Shown: positions 1-10,203 of the stretch, one piece after another
Layout of the letters: each line of letters begins with the position of its first letter
How positions within the stretch are numbered: the first letter of the stretch is position 1
Origin: an uncultured Leptospirales bacterium
Lineage (GTDB): Bacteria > Spirochaetota > UBA4802 > UBA5550
Assembly: GCA_964554685.1 (NCBI GenBank)
Contig: CAZKPR010000005.1
Location: 1-50,359, forward strand
DNA length: 50,359 nucleotides
Direction: 5' to 3'
Notes under the pieces: model-generated
What the model was told of the DNA's origin: nothing
What the model saw: the letters and a program-made list of their open reading frames with translations, nothing else
The model's database searches: none
Translations under genes and position numbers: made by a program

Positions 1-1
1 G

Positions 2-997
2 ACGATAAAGCTCGAGAACGTCGACGGCATAATCTTCAACCACCTCTACCAGTCGAGTTACGAGGCGGAGATGTCGCGCAGCTTCCTGAACGGCGTGAGC
101 GAACTCGTGGAGAAACACCGCAAGCCCGTGGCCGTGACCCTCATCTCCGACGCGGCGGAAATCCTGGACATCTCCATGAACCATCCCTACCCGACCTTCA
201 CCACGCCCCTCCAGGCCGCCACGGCGCTCTGGGGGTCCCATTATTACCACCTCCGCCGCGAGGCCCGGAACAACCGCGGGACGCCCCTGGCCTTCGATAT
301 TGACATGGCGGCAATCGCCACGATACGGGAGCGTTGCGAGAAGGAATCGAGGATACCGCTTACCGACGAGGCCCTCGATGTCTGCGCCGCCGGGGGGATA
401 TTCCCCGTCCGGGGCGCCCGCCTATCCGGCGCCGATGACCCGGCCGTCTCGGCCTTCCCCTATCCCGCCGCGGTAAAGCTCCTTTCGCGTGACGCATCCC
501 ACAAATCCGATATTGGCGGGGTGAAGCTCAACCTCGGGTCCCCCGAAGAGGCCGCCGCCGCCATCGACGAGATCACGCGATCCCTCGGGGCACTGAGGAA
601 TCCCCCGGCCATCGACGGGTTCCTTCTTCAAGAGATGTCGGGGGGCGAGGAGTTCTTCATCGGCGGGAGGCGCGATCAGGTCTTCGGTCCCATCGTGATG
701 GCGGGCTTCGGAGGCATCTTCATCGAGCTCTTCCGTGACCGGGCCATACGCATCGCCCCCGTGACTCCCAACGAGGCCGACGACATGCTCCGCCAGCTCA
801 AGACCTTCCCGATTCTTGAGGGTATCCGCGGTCGAGGTCCCCTCGACATCGACGCTCTGAAGGAGCTCATCTGCAGGGTGTCCCACCTGATCTGCACCGT
901 GGAGGATATCGAGGAGATCGACCTCAATCCCGTCATGGTGCGTCCCAAGGGTGAGGGCGTTTCCGTGGTTGACTCCCGGGTCTTCTTCAGAAAATGA
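2..997 (+). CDS. ADP-forming acyl-CoA synthetase (acetate--CoA ligase family), C-terminal ATP-grasp portion; 5' end lies outside the window
   Basis: The frame is open from nt 2 with no stop before the first ATG at 71, so the gene enters from upstream. Translation shows ATP-grasp-type motifs: LLSRDASHKSDIGGVKLNL, GFLLQEM, EFFIGGRRDQVFGPIVMAGFGGIFIELFRD, IEEIDLNPVMV. Stop TGA at 995-997. Confidence 0.7.
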   Translation, partial: TIKLENVDGIIFNHLYQSSYEAEMSRSFLNGVSELVEKHRKPVAVTLISDAAEILDISMNHPYPTFTTPLQAATALWGSHYYHLRREARNNRGTPLAFDIDMAAIATIRERCEKESRIPLTDEALDVCAAGGIFPVRGARLSGADDPAVSAFPYPAAVKLLSRDASHKSDIGGVKLNLGSPEEAAAAIDEITRSLGALRNPPAIDGFLLQEMSGGEEFFIGGRRDQVFGPIVMAGFGGIFIELFRDRAIRIAPVTPNEADDMLRQLKTFPILEGIRGRGPLDIDALKELICRVSHLICTVEDIEEIDLNPVMVRPKGEGVSVVDSRVFFRK

Positions 998-1198
998 CCC
1001 TCGCGGCGGGAGTGTGTCGCTCGGCGCCCGTCCCCGCGATGATCCGGTTTTCTCCTTGACTTCATTGCCACGAGCATTCTATGCTTATTCCTCGTGTCCC
1101 CGGAGGCGCGTCGCGCATCACCAGCCTGGCGGCGTGATTACCGGGTGATTTGACCGCGGGAAAGGAGACCACGCAGAAGGTGAAGGCAGGTTGACTTC

Positions 1199-3142
1199 AT
1201 GAACGCTCCGAAATCCTGGATCACCTCACTTCGTTCTCGCCTCTCCGCCCTTTTCCTCCCCGACGAGCCCGACCTCGAGGAACGGGCGCGGAGGAAGCTC
1301 TTCGCGATATTCATGCTTATCCTCGGCTTTCCCCTCCTGGCGTTCGGAATCCATCACCTGCTCAACGGAGTGTATGCGTACGGTGCGGTAGACGTCATCC
1401 TTTCCATTGTCATGATCAGCCTCGCTTTTTCACAGAAATACATAAAACGCATGGTCCTTCTCTACAGGGGCATGACCCTGCTCCTCTGGCTCCTGTTGTT
1501 CTACTGGTTGAAAACCGCCGCCATTAACGGGTACGCGAGCATCTGGGCGATTGTTACTCCCGTGTTCGTCTTTTTCCTTCTCGGAAAGAGGGAAGGCTTT
1601 GTCTGGGCCCTTACCATGGTCCTATTGTGCGCATTCTTTTTTTTTGACCCCCTCGGTCTTGAGAAAACCAACCGCTATTCCCTGGCATTTTCGGCACGCC
1701 ACCTGGGAACCCTTCTCTTCGTGATCCTGATCACCTACTTCTATGAATCATCGCGCATGAAATTCAAGAAGGCCCTTGAACAGGACAGGGAGGAGCTCAG
1801 GAACCACCGGGACAACCTCGAGATCATGGTCGCCGAGCGCACCGAGGAGATCAGCAGAAAAAACATTGAATTGAACAGCACCCTTGGCCAGCTTCGGGAA
1901 ACCACGGCGCAGTACCTTGAATCACAGAGGGAAAAAGAGCGAATGCAGGAACAGATCGCACATTCTCAGAAGATGGAGGCCCTGGGTACCCTCGTGGGGG
2001 GCTTCGCCCATAATTTCAACAACCTCCTCGGCGGGATCACCGGAAGCCTGAACTTCCTGGAAGTGCTCCTGAAAAACGAACGCCTCGAACGGAGAACCGA
2101 TATCGAGGAGTGCCTCAAGCTGGGCATCGAATCGTCGCAAAAATCCGCCATAATAATCAGGCAGCTCCTCACCCTTTCGCGACGCCAGGACTTCAACCTC
2201 GTCCCGATGGACATACGGCAGTCCCTGAAGAATACCCTTTCCATCCTGAAAAGCAGCCTGCCGAAAAATATCCGGCTCGATTTTAATATTCCCGATGCAC
2301 CCGCCTTTGTACTGGCCGAACCCGTGTACTTCGAGCAGGTGCTCCTTAACCTCTGCATCAACGCGTCCCATGCCATGACCATCATGCGCGGCCCCGGCGA
2401 ATCCCAGGGAGGCACGCTCACGGTGATCTCCGACATCGTGGCGCCTGATGAATCCATCCTGCGTGAATTTCCAGGGGCGGCGGGAAACGGACCCTGGGCG
2501 CGCATCCGGGTGATCGACAGCGGGGTGGGGATCCCCGAGGAAAGCCGGGCGCGGATATTCGAGCCCTTTTACACGACGAAAAACATCGGAGGCGGAAGCG
2601 GTCTGGGCCTGGCCATCTCTTACGGCATCATACGGCAGCACGGAGGGTTCATCACCGTCGATGAACGTCCCGGCGGCGGATCCGTTTTCTCCGTCTTTCT
2701 TCCCCTTGACAGGGAACAGGCGCCCGCGGGGCGCGAGGCCGTTGCGTCGCCGGTCCGTCACGTCCCGCACCGCCGCGAAACCATCCTCGTGATCGACGAT
2801 GAGCCCTTCATCCTCTACGTGATAAGGGGTTACCTGGAGGAATTCGGATGGGAAGCGATCATCACGGAAAAACCGGAGGAGGGAATCTCACATTTCCGGG
2901 AGCGCCACGATGACATTTCCGCCGTGATCCTCGATCTTTCCATGCCGGGAAAATCAGGCATCGAGGTATACGCCGAGCTCGCCGCCATAGATCCGGCGGT
3001 AAAAGTGGTTCTCTGCTCCGGCCTGATCGAATCGGAGGTTACCCACCAGGCCCTTTCCGCCGGGATCAGCAAGATTCTCTACAAGCCCTTCGAATCAGCC
3101 ACTCTTCTCGATACGCTCCTTGACCTGCTCAACCACGGGTAA
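1199..3142 (+). CDS. hybrid sensor histidine kinase / response regulator (multi-TM N-terminus, coiled coil, HisKA, HATPase_c, C-terminal receiver)
   Basis: 647 aa. About 5 hydrophobic helices at the N-terminus. H-box HSQKMEALGTLVGGFAHNFNNLL. N/G boxes LLNLCINASHAM, DSGVGIPEE, GGGSGLGLAISYGI. Receiver domain ILVIDDEP...DLSMPGKSG...SGISKILYKP. Confidence 0.85.
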   Translation: MNAPKSWITSLRSRLSALFLPDEPDLEERARRKLFAIFMLILGFPLLAFGIHHLLNGVYAYGAVDVILSIVMISLAFSQKYIKRMVLLYRGMTLLLWLLLFYWLKTAAINGYASIWAIVTPVFVFFLLGKREGFVWALTMVLLCAFFFFDPLGLEKTNRYSLAFSARHLGTLLFVILITYFYESSRMKFKKALEQDREELRNHRDNLEIMVAERTEEISRKNIELNSTLGQLRETTAQYLESQREKERMQEQIAHSQKMEALGTLVGGFAHNFNNLLGGITGSLNFLEVLLKNERLERRTDIEECLKLGIESSQKSAIIIRQLLTLSRRQDFNLVPMDIRQSLKNTLSILKSSLPKNIRLDFNIPDAPAFVLAEPVYFEQVLLNLCINASHAMTIMRGPGESQGGTLTVISDIVAPDESILREFPGAAGNGPWARIRVIDSGVGIPEESRARIFEPFYTTKNIGGGSGLGLAISYGIIRQHGGFITVDERPGGGSVFSVFLPLDREQAPAGREAVASPVRHVPHRRETILVIDDEPFILYVIRGYLEEFGWEAIITEKPEEGISHFRERHDDISAVILDLSMPGKSGIEVYAELAAIDPAVKVVLCSGLIESEVTHQALSAGISKILYKPFESATLLDTLLDLLNHG

Positions 3143-3226
3143 CCCTTCCCGGCGTCAATGAATACCCGTCGCGTGCGAAAAGTCCGCCCCCATACGACAT
3201 AATAAAAATTATTGTTGACAGTGCGA

Positions 3227-3255
3227 TTGAAGATGAATTCGTTCAATAGTATATT
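3227..3255 (+). promoter_or_regulatory. candidate sigma70-type promoter for nrdJ (TTGAAG-N17-TATATT)
   Basis: TTGAAG at 3227-3232, a 17-nt spacer, then TATATT at 3250-3255, in an AT-rich patch. A TTGACA at 3215-3220 has no good -10 partner. This predicts a leader of about 210 nt. Confidence 0.3.
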
Positions 3256-3470
3256 TGTCAGGGGACCTCGAAGAGCCGCTGGTCAGACACCCGGATCGGC
3301 GGCGTGTGCAATGCCCTGCGTACCCGGGAAAAGCCGCCGCCTGGACAGGTGAATTTCCCATTTTTTCCCGGCTGGCCCCGGGGAAGGCCAGAGAGCGCGG
3401 GAGGGCTCCCGGGAAGCCCTTCATTCCGCCCTGCAATTATGCGTAGATACTACACCAACGGGAACGTGCC

Positions 3471-5783
3471 ATGGAGTGGAGCGATATCATCATCTCGTCG
3501 AAAAAAGAGCCTGAGCTGTCCGAAAACGCCCTGATCGTTCTGGAAAAACGCTATCTTGCCAGGGACGACACGGGAGCCATACTCGAAACCCCGAAAGAGC
3601 TTTTCCTGCGCGTGGCGAAATTCGTGGCCTCGGCCGATTCCGCCTACGGCGCCCCCGTGGAAAGGGTCAACGAAATTGCCGGCCTTTTCTATGAAATGAT
3701 GGCAAACCTCTCATTCCTTCCCAATACGCCGACGCTGATGAATGCCGGCAGGCCCCTGGGCCAGCTCGCGGCCTGCTTCGTCCTTCCCGTGGAGGACTCC
3801 ATGGAGGGCATTTTCGACGCGGTGAAGCAGATGGCGCTGATCCACAAAAGCGGCGGAGGCACGGGCTTCTCCTTCTCCCGGCTCAGGCCCCGGGACGACA
3901 TCGTGAAATCAACCGCGGGAGTTTCCAGCGGCCCCGTGTCGTTCATGAATATATTCAACGCGGCCACGGAGACCGTGAAGCAGGGTGGCACGCGGCGCGG
4001 CGCCAACATGGCGATACTCTCCGTGGATCATCCCGATATCCTGAAATTCATCCGGGCCAAGGAGGATAAGAACGCCCTGACGAACTTCAATATCTCCGTG
4101 GCCCTCACGGACTCTTTCATGGACGCCGTGGAAAGGGACGAGGAATACCCCCTTGTGAACCCCAACACGAAGAAGTCACCGGGGAGCCTCAGGGCCCGCG
4201 AGGTATTCGATCTCATCGTGCGCAAGGCATGGGAGAGCGGCGAGCCGGGCGTGATATTCATCGACCGCATCAACGCCGCCAATCCCCTCAAGAAAATCGG
4301 CGCGATAGAGAGCACCAATCCATGCGGCGAGCAGCCCCTCCTCCCCTACGAATCGTGCAACCTGGGATCGATCAACCTGAACAGGTTCATCAAGGAAAAG
4401 AAGGACGGCGCCGCCATCGATTTCGACGCGCTGAAACGCGTCACCCGCCTGGCGGTCCGTTTCCTGGACAATGTGATAGACGTGAACCGTTATCCCCTCG
4501 ACACGATTCGGGACAACACCCTGGCGAATCGCAAAATCGGCCTCGGCGTGATGGGCTTCGCGGACCTTCTCGTGAGGCTCGGCGTGCCCTATGACTCGGA
4601 AGAGGCCGCGGAGCTCGCCGGGGAGGTCATGTCCGCGATCCAGGAGGAGGCGAAGCGCGCATCCGAGGACCTCGCTGTGGAGCGGGGGGCCTTTCCGAAC
4701 TTTCCCCGCTCGGAGTACGCCTCGGCGGGAGCACAGCCTCTCCGCAACGCCACCACCACCACCATCGCCCCCACGGGCACGATCAGCATCATCGCCGGGT
4801 CGTCGAGCGGCATTGAACCGATTTACGCCCTCGCCTACGTGCGGAACGTGATGGACGATAACGTTCTCGTGGAGGTCAACCCCCTCTTCGAGGCAATGGC
4901 CCGCGCCAGGGGGTTCTACAGCGAAGACCTCATGGCCCGCATCGCCGACGAAGGTTCCGCGGGCGGGGTTGACGGCGTTCCCGATGAGGTGAAGCGCATC
5001 TTCGTCAGCGCCCACGACATTTCTCCCGAATGGCACATCCGCATTCAGGCGGCCTTCCAGAAATTCACTGACAACGCGGTTTCGAAGACAGTCAATTTCA
5101 GAAACGACGCGGCAATGGAGGAGATCGACCAGGTCTACCGCACGGCCTACCGCCTCGGGTGCAAGGGCGTTACCGTGTACCGCGACAAGTCAAGGGACAA
5201 CCAGGTCCTTGACTCGGGCCGCAGGCCCGAACCCTGCAAGGCCCCCGCAGAAGGAGCGGCCACTGATACGCCGTCCCGCATCACCCCCCGCTCCAGGGAC
5301 GAAATCACCCGGGGCGCAACGCGCAAGATGACGACGGGATGCGGATCCCTCTACGTGACCATCAACGAGGACCGCCAGGGGCTCTTCGAGGTCTTCGCGG
5401 CCATGGGAAAAGGAGGCGGGTGCGCCGCGAGCCAGACCGAGGCCGTGAGCCGCCTCATCTCGCTGGCCCTCCGGTGCGGCATTGACAGGGAACAGATCAT
5501 CAAGCAGATAAAGGGTGTGCGCTGTCCCAACCAGGCGTGGGAAAAGGGGGGACGGATCTACTCCTGCGCAGACGCGATCGCCAAGGCCCTGGAACGGCAC
5601 GCGGGAATCGAACACCCGGAGAATGATGACCCCGACCATGACACGGCGAAGAACAGCGCCGAGACGAACGGCAAGCGGAGCGACATGGTAATGGTGGGAG
5701 TTTGCCCCGATTGCGGAGGGCCCCTGGAATTCGAGTCGGGGTGTTCGGTCTGCCGCTCCTGCGGCTTCTCCCGCTGCGGATAG
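3471..5783 (+). CDS. nrdJ: adenosylcobalamin-dependent (class II) ribonucleotide reductase
   Basis: 770 aa. LSENALIVLEKRYL N-terminus, catalytic loop STNPCGEQPL, CNLGSINL. TSCPD-type insert (TGCGSLYVTINED...GGCAASQTEA). C-terminal CPDCGG...CSVCRSCG zinc ribbon. Confidence 0.93.
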   Translation: MEWSDIIISSKKEPELSENALIVLEKRYLARDDTGAILETPKELFLRVAKFVASADSAYGAPVERVNEIAGLFYEMMANLSFLPNTPTLMNAGRPLGQLAACFVLPVEDSMEGIFDAVKQMALIHKSGGGTGFSFSRLRPRDDIVKSTAGVSSGPVSFMNIFNAATETVKQGGTRRGANMAILSVDHPDILKFIRAKEDKNALTNFNISVALTDSFMDAVERDEEYPLVNPNTKKSPGSLRAREVFDLIVRKAWESGEPGVIFIDRINAANPLKKIGAIESTNPCGEQPLLPYESCNLGSINLNRFIKEKKDGAAIDFDALKRVTRLAVRFLDNVIDVNRYPLDTIRDNTLANRKIGLGVMGFADLLVRLGVPYDSEEAAELAGEVMSAIQEEAKRASEDLAVERGAFPNFPRSEYASAGAQPLRNATTTTIAPTGTISIIAGSSSGIEPIYALAYVRNVMDDNVLVEVNPLFEAMARARGFYSEDLMARIADEGSAGGVDGVPDEVKRIFVSAHDISPEWHIRIQAAFQKFTDNAVSKTVNFRNDAAMEEIDQVYRTAYRLGCKGVTVYRDKSRDNQVLDSGRRPEPCKAPAEGAATDTPSRITPRSRDEITRGATRKMTTGCGSLYVTINEDRQGLFEVFAAMGKGGGCAASQTEAVSRLISLALRCGIDREQIIKQIKGVRCPNQAWEKGGRIYSCADAIAKALERHAGIEHPENDDPDHDTAKNSAETNGKRSDMVMVGVCPDCGGPLEFESGCSVCRSCGFSRCG

Positions 5784-5954
5784 ACCCTCTGTCGGATTCA
5801 GCGAACAACAGCCGATGTGTCGCGAAGGCACGGAGCGACTTTCGAATACCTTGCGTGATGCAGATGTTCCAGCCTCGGCAATGCTCACCCTGGTTGCGGC
5901 GATGATTATCTGCTCCGGCAACGGACACATCACCGGGTAATTTGCTTCGGGCGC

Positions 5955-5978
5955 AAAAAAACCGCGAGGGCATCGCGG
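5955..5978 (-). terminator. rho-independent terminator downstream of the STAS gene
   Basis: The minus strand reads CCGCGA-tgccc-TCGCGG followed by TTTTTTT (plus-strand A7 at 5955-5961). It lies about 30 nt after the minus-strand stop at 6005. Confidence 0.6.
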
Positions 5979-6004
5979 CTGTCGGACTAATGCGGGGGCA
6001 AATT

Positions 6005-6340
6005 CTATGCCGCGTTTATGAAATCGGATATTTCAAGAAACTTGAAAATCCTCCGGACATTATCCGTAAGACCGGCAAGGCGCATGCTTTTCCCCATCTT
6101 GCCTATTCCCTGCTTCAGCGTGATGAGCATGCCCACGGCCGATGAATCGATATGGGTGACCGCACCGAGATCGAGCACGATGCGATCCGCCCCGGAGCCG
6201 GAAACAAGCTTCTCGATATACTCAAGTATGAACGAGGTATTGCTGAAGACCAGGTCGTCCTTCAGGAACTGGAGCCTCAGTTCATTTCCTTCGTCATTCG
6301 TGTTGATAAAATCCATGAGATCCGTCCGGCCTTTTGCCAT
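6005..6340 (-). CDS. STAS-domain anti-sigma-factor antagonist (SpoIIAA/RsbV-like)
   Basis: 111 aa. RIVLDLGAVTHIDSSAVGMLITL (conserved phospho-Ser context DSS), then RLAGLTDNVRRIFKFLEISDF. Confidence 0.8.
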   Translation of the reverse strand: MAKGRTDLMDFINTNDEGNELRLQFLKDDLVFSNTSFILEYIEKLVSGSGADRIVLDLGAVTHIDSSAVGMLITLKQGIGKMGKSMRLAGLTDNVRRIFKFLEISDFINAA

Positions 6341-6428
6341 GCACCCGACATAATATTATCAGGCAGACAAATCCGTCATATCATTTAAAATGTCAAGAAC
6401 AATCTCGCGAGACACGAGGAATTTATAA

Positions 6429-7238
6429 TTAACTTCGCGATATGATCCTCACGTCGGGGGGCAGCTTAATGTCACGAACCCTTTTCACCGCCACGGGACC
6501 GTTTGCCTTTACATTCTTCAACTTCAAATCGATCCTGAGGCCCGTATTCAACGCCACCAGGACCATGTGCGTGGCACAGTACAGGTCGCTTCTGTTCATC
6601 CGGTTCTTAATATAAATCTCGAATCGCTCCCCGCTTTCCCTGTTGATGATCAGCAGTTTATCGGGAACCCCTTCACGGAAGGACACCGTCTGGTAATATC
6701 GCTGGTTCTCCAGGAGGAGCATCGTGCCGTTCCCGCTATTCTCCCTGAGGCCCTGCTTAACGCGGTATTCATGTACGAGGGGGATATTGCCCGTGGCGAG
6801 GGCCATGATTATCTTCATTCCCATCGCGGGTCCCCCGTAATCCCTCAGATCGATTCCCTTCATGCTCTCGACGAAGAGTTTCTTCTCCACTGGATAGTAG
6901 AGGCGCAGATCGTTGCCATCGGCGAAAAACACCAGGACGGAGGTCCTGAAAATATAGTCGAAAAACGCGGCGTGCATCGCCCCCGCCTTCCCGTCGTACT
7001 GGATGTTTCCGGTCATCCTGAATCTCTTTTCCCGCCGCGCGCCGTCAATGATGAAATCGGCGGCGAGGGACCGCGGCGCCTTTGCCTCAATATCCTTCAC
7101 GGTGGCGAGCATTTTCCTCACATCCTCGTTCTCCGCAGGATGGTAGCTGGCCAGCGCCTCTTCGTCCCGCATTCCCTTCACGCATCCGGCGAGGGCAGCG
7201 CAGAGCACACATAAAGCAATAGCGATAAGATTTCTCAT
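6429..7238 (-). CDS. hypothetical lipoprotein (possibly LolB/DUF4292-like), co-transcribed with the TPR gene
   Basis: Signal peptide plus lipobox MRNLIAIALCVLCAALAGC. It starts 3 nt after the TPR gene stop. No catalytic motif recognised. Confidence 0.6.
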   Translation of the reverse strand: MRNLIAIALCVLCAALAGCVKGMRDEEALASYHPAENEDVRKMLATVKDIEAKAPRSLAADFIIDGARREKRFRMTGNIQYDGKAGAMHAAFFDYIFRTSVLVFFADGNDLRLYYPVEKKLFVESMKGIDLRDYGGPAMGMKIIMALATGNIPLVHEYRVKQGLRENSGNGTMLLLENQRYYQTVSFREGVPDKLLIINRESGERFEIYIKNRMNRSDLYCATHMVLVALNTGLRIDLKLKNVKANGPVAVKRVRDIKLPPDVRIISRS

Positions 7239-7241
7239 GGG

Positions 7242-9200
7242 TTACTGGCGGTTCTCCCTGTGCATTCTGATTTTTTTCCGGATCGACTCATCACGCTTCA
7301 TCTCGTACGATTTTTCCCAGTTGATAATGGCATCCCTGATTTTTCCCATTTTAAGATACGCGTCTCCTATGTGGTCGTACACGACCGGGTCGGGCGTCTC
7401 TGCCCTGCGCAGAATTTTTTCCGCCGCAAGAAGATTCTGGAGGGCAAGGGCGTATTCGCCCCTGCGGAAGTAGACCCATCCCAGGGAGTCGATATAGGCG
7501 CCGTTGTCGGGTTCGAGCTCGAGGGCCTTCCGTATCAGTTCGAGGGAGCGGTCAAGGTGCATGTTGCGGTCGGCAAAGAGATATCCCAGATAATTATAGG
7601 CACGTCCGCTTTTCGGGTCATGGGCGATCGCCTTCTCCAGGGAGTCAACGGCGCGGTCAACCCGTGAAAGCTTATCCATGACCACGGCGAAATAAAAATA
7701 GTAGGTCTCGCTCGCATCGTCGAAGGAAATCGCCCGCTCGAGATGCCTCTCGGCTGAGGGATAATCCTCGCGCCAGATTGAAATGAGGCCCTTGAAAAAA
7801 TAGGGCCGTGCGTTCTTCGGCTCTTTCGCCGAGGCGGCGTTTATATAGAACAGCGCTCGATCGTACTCGCTTCTCACGCCATAAAGGTACCCGATGTGAA
7901 GCATCAGGTCCGTATCCTCCTGTATGCGATTGGCCCTTATGTAGTAGTAGAGAGCGCGTGATATACTGCGCGTGTCCTCGTGGGTCTTTGCAAGGTAGTA
8001 GTACACGCCCGCCACGGAATCATTGAGCCTCGCCGCATCAAGAAGACAGCGCTTCGCCTCGTTGTACAGCCTGTTGTTGTACATGAGCACGCCGGCGGTC
8101 ACGTATTCGTTGAACGCGGCGGTCCTGTCGCCTTTCCTTTCATAGATGCGCCCCAGGGCAAGCCTGAGGGTTATGGTGGCCGGCGCGATCTTCATGACCC
8201 GCGCCAGGTCTTCCTCGGCGGCGCGGTCATCGCCGGCACGCTCACTGTAGAGACCCCGGGAAAGAAGGCCGCTGAGTGAATCCGCGTCACCGGCCTTTCC
8301 GAGATACGATATGGCCCTGAGGTCGCCCCGGATGTAGTACACCCTTCCGAGAACGGAATTGATAACGGGATCGTCGGGCTGCTTCGCGAGGAACAGTTCC
8401 GCGTGCCGACGCGCGCAGTCTATGTCATACTTCTCCATGCAGGTCAATGCCAGGTAGTAGAGGGCCTCTAGATTCTCCCTGTTGACATTCAGCGTCTCCC
8501 CGTACAGGGCGACGGCTTCATCGAGCTTCCCGCTTTGATAGGCTATCACGGCAAGGTTGAAATAGGACTGTTCCTTGTAGTAATCGTCAACGGGCTGCCT
8601 GTCCGAAATTTCGATGACCTTCCGGTAGGTGAGCGCCGCCCTTTCCGGGTCGCGCATTTTTTTATGGTAATGTTCGGCGAGTATGAGGAGGATCTGGACC
8701 GATCCCGGCCTTATCCGAAGGTAATCCAGGAGAATCCCCGCGGCGGCCTCGTAGTCCCGAAGCTTGAGATGGGTGTTGTACAGCCTGTTGTAGACACGCA
8801 GGTCCGACTCGCCTTCGGCAAGGGCGCGCCGCGCATGGTCCAGGGCCCTGGCGTAGTCCCTCCGGTAGAAGTAACAATCCGCCAGCTGGAGCTGGATCTC
8901 GCCGCGAGCCTCGCCTGATGCGTCGGCGCGGTTAAACCACTCGATGGCCCTTACAAGGAGGGCCTTGCGTTCTTTACCCCCGCGCGCAGCGAGGGCGGCG
9001 TGCTTGTAGTAAAGCCCCCAGCTGAAGCTCGACCAGCCGGAACCCACCGAATCTGCCGGGACGGCATATTCCCCGCGCGCCGCTCCCGTATCCGCGGATG
9101 AATCCCGCACCCATCCCGCGAGAATTATAACGAGGGCAACTGAGGCAGCGATTCGCGCCAATGTATTTCCACTGTTCACCGGCATTTCCTTGAAGATCAT
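7242..9200 (-). CDS. tetratricopeptide (TPR) repeat protein with N-terminal membrane anchor/signal
   Basis: 652 aa. Hydrophobic N-terminus IAASVALVIILAG. Many degenerate 34-aa repeats with the A/Y/L pattern (for example YYYLAKTHED, YNYLGYLFAD, GWVYFRRGEYALAL). The start could be M1 (9200) or M6 (9185). Confidence 0.8.
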   Translation of the reverse strand: MIFKEMPVNSGNTLARIAASVALVIILAGWVRDSSADTGAARGEYAVPADSVGSGWSSFSWGLYYKHAALAARGGKERKALLVRAIEWFNRADASGEARGEIQLQLADCYFYRRDYARALDHARRALAEGESDLRVYNRLYNTHLKLRDYEAAAGILLDYLRIRPGSVQILLILAEHYHKKMRDPERAALTYRKVIEISDRQPVDDYYKEQSYFNLAVIAYQSGKLDEAVALYGETLNVNRENLEALYYLALTCMEKYDIDCARRHAELFLAKQPDDPVINSVLGRVYYIRGDLRAISYLGKAGDADSLSGLLSRGLYSERAGDDRAAEEDLARVMKIAPATITLRLALGRIYERKGDRTAAFNEYVTAGVLMYNNRLYNEAKRCLLDAARLNDSVAGVYYYLAKTHEDTRSISRALYYYIRANRIQEDTDLMLHIGYLYGVRSEYDRALFYINAASAKEPKNARPYFFKGLISIWREDYPSAERHLERAISFDDASETYYFYFAVVMDKLSRVDRAVDSLEKAIAHDPKSGRAYNYLGYLFADRNMHLDRSLELIRKALELEPDNGAYIDSLGWVYFRRGEYALALQNLLAAEKILRRAETPDPVVYDHIGDAYLKMGKIRDAIINWEKSYEMKRDESIRKKIRMHRENRQ

Positions 9201-9504
9201 AACTCCACCTAAGATAGGTATGGCATCCTATATTGTCAAATCTAATTGGCGATCCCGGGCGGGGAAGCGGGAGCAAAGACGCCCCGGCGGGCGGAAAAAA
9301 AGAATTTATTCTGTAACAATCAATTCGCCGGAAATACCCGATTGACAGGATCCGTAATGGTGATGAATGATGACTCTCGATGCCGCCCTGATTCCGCACC
9401 CGCACCCGTTTATTGCAGCGGAAAAAGGCGGCGTGAAAATATGATTCTGAAAGATAGTGCCGAAAACGGGGTGCATTCCCGGAGGCGAAAAACGGAGGAT
9501 CAAC

Positions 9505-10203
9505 ATGATAATGGGACTCGATCCCTTGTACTGGATAATGATGGCGCCGGTGTTTCTGCTATCGGTATGGGCGTCCATCAGGGTGAAAAGCACCTTTAAC
9601 AAGTATTCCCGCGTCGCCACGGCTTCGGGGCTTACCGGCGCCGAGGTGGCCACGCAGATACTGAGGAGAAACGGACTCACCAACGTGTCGGTGACCGAGA
9701 CCTCGGGTTTCCTTTCGGACCACTATGATCCCACGAAACGCGTGGTTCGCCTTTCACCGAACGTGTATCGGAGCAATTCCATCTCCGCCATAGGCGTCGC
9801 CGCCCACGAGACGGGCCACGCGGTCCAGCACGCGAAAGCCTACTCGCCTCTCGTGCTGAGAAACACCATGGTGCCCATCGCCAGCATCGGATCCAGCATG
9901 TCCTGGATCGTCATGATCGCCGGCTTTATACTGGGGGTCATGGGCCTCGTCAAGGTGGGGATCGTGCTCTTCAGCGCCGTGGTTCTGTTCCAGCTCGTGA
10001 CGCTCCCGGTGGAATTCAATGCCTCATCGAGGGCGAAGGAGATGCTCGCGTCATACGGCCTGGTGTCCCGGACAGAGCTTGCGGGTGTGAACCGGGTGCT
10101 TTCGGCCGCAGCGATGACCTACGTGGCCGCGGCCGCCTCATCGATCATGACCCTGCTCTATTTCCTTCTCCGCGCGGGATTTCTCGGCGGAAGCGACGAC
10201 TGA
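9505..10203 (+). CDS. membrane zinc metallopeptidase (Zn_peptidase_2 / YpfJ-unrelated 'neutral zinc metallopeptidase' family)
   Basis: ATG at 9505 preceded by GGAGGA at 9494-9499; the tracked ORF start at 9457 is probably too early. Motifs: LYWIMMAP...SVWASIRVKSTFNKYS, SDHYDP, HExxH as AAHETGHAVQH, C-terminal TM helices. Confidence 0.8.
   Translation: MIMGLDPLYWIMMAPVFLLSVWASIRVKSTFNKYSRVATASGLTGAEVATQILRRNGLTNVSVTETSGFLSDHYDPTKRVVRLSPNVYRSNSISAIGVAAHETGHAVQHAKAYSPLVLRNTMVPIASIGSSMSWIVMIAGFILGVMGLVKVGIVLFSAVVLFQLVTLPVEFNASSRAKEMLASYGLVSRTELAGVNRVLSAAAMTYVAAAASSIMTLLYFLLRAGFLGGSDD

Noticed and set aside
3195-3260. Tandem NrdR boxes at the nrdJ promoter
   Set aside because: The AT-rich partial palindromes (ACATAATAAAAATTATTGT; CAATAGTATATTTG) do not align in register with the 16-bp acaCwAtATaTwGtgt consensus as I remember it.
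3330-3420. Cobalamin riboswitch upstream of nrdJ
   Set aside because: GGGAA, GGTGAATTTCC and GCCAGAGAG fragments are present, but the GGGAA-to-GGTG spacing (about 17 nt) and the missing CCCGCxACTG and B12-box consensus do not fit. B12 riboswitches usually control B12-independent isozymes, not nrdJ. This needs Infernal to settle.
9221-9236. Sigma54-like element TGGCAT-N5-ATTGT (and TGGCAC at 44201)
   Set aside because: The GG-N10-GC register is off by one at 9221. The 44201 copy lies inside the first codons of the phosphatase gene and has no TTGC partner.
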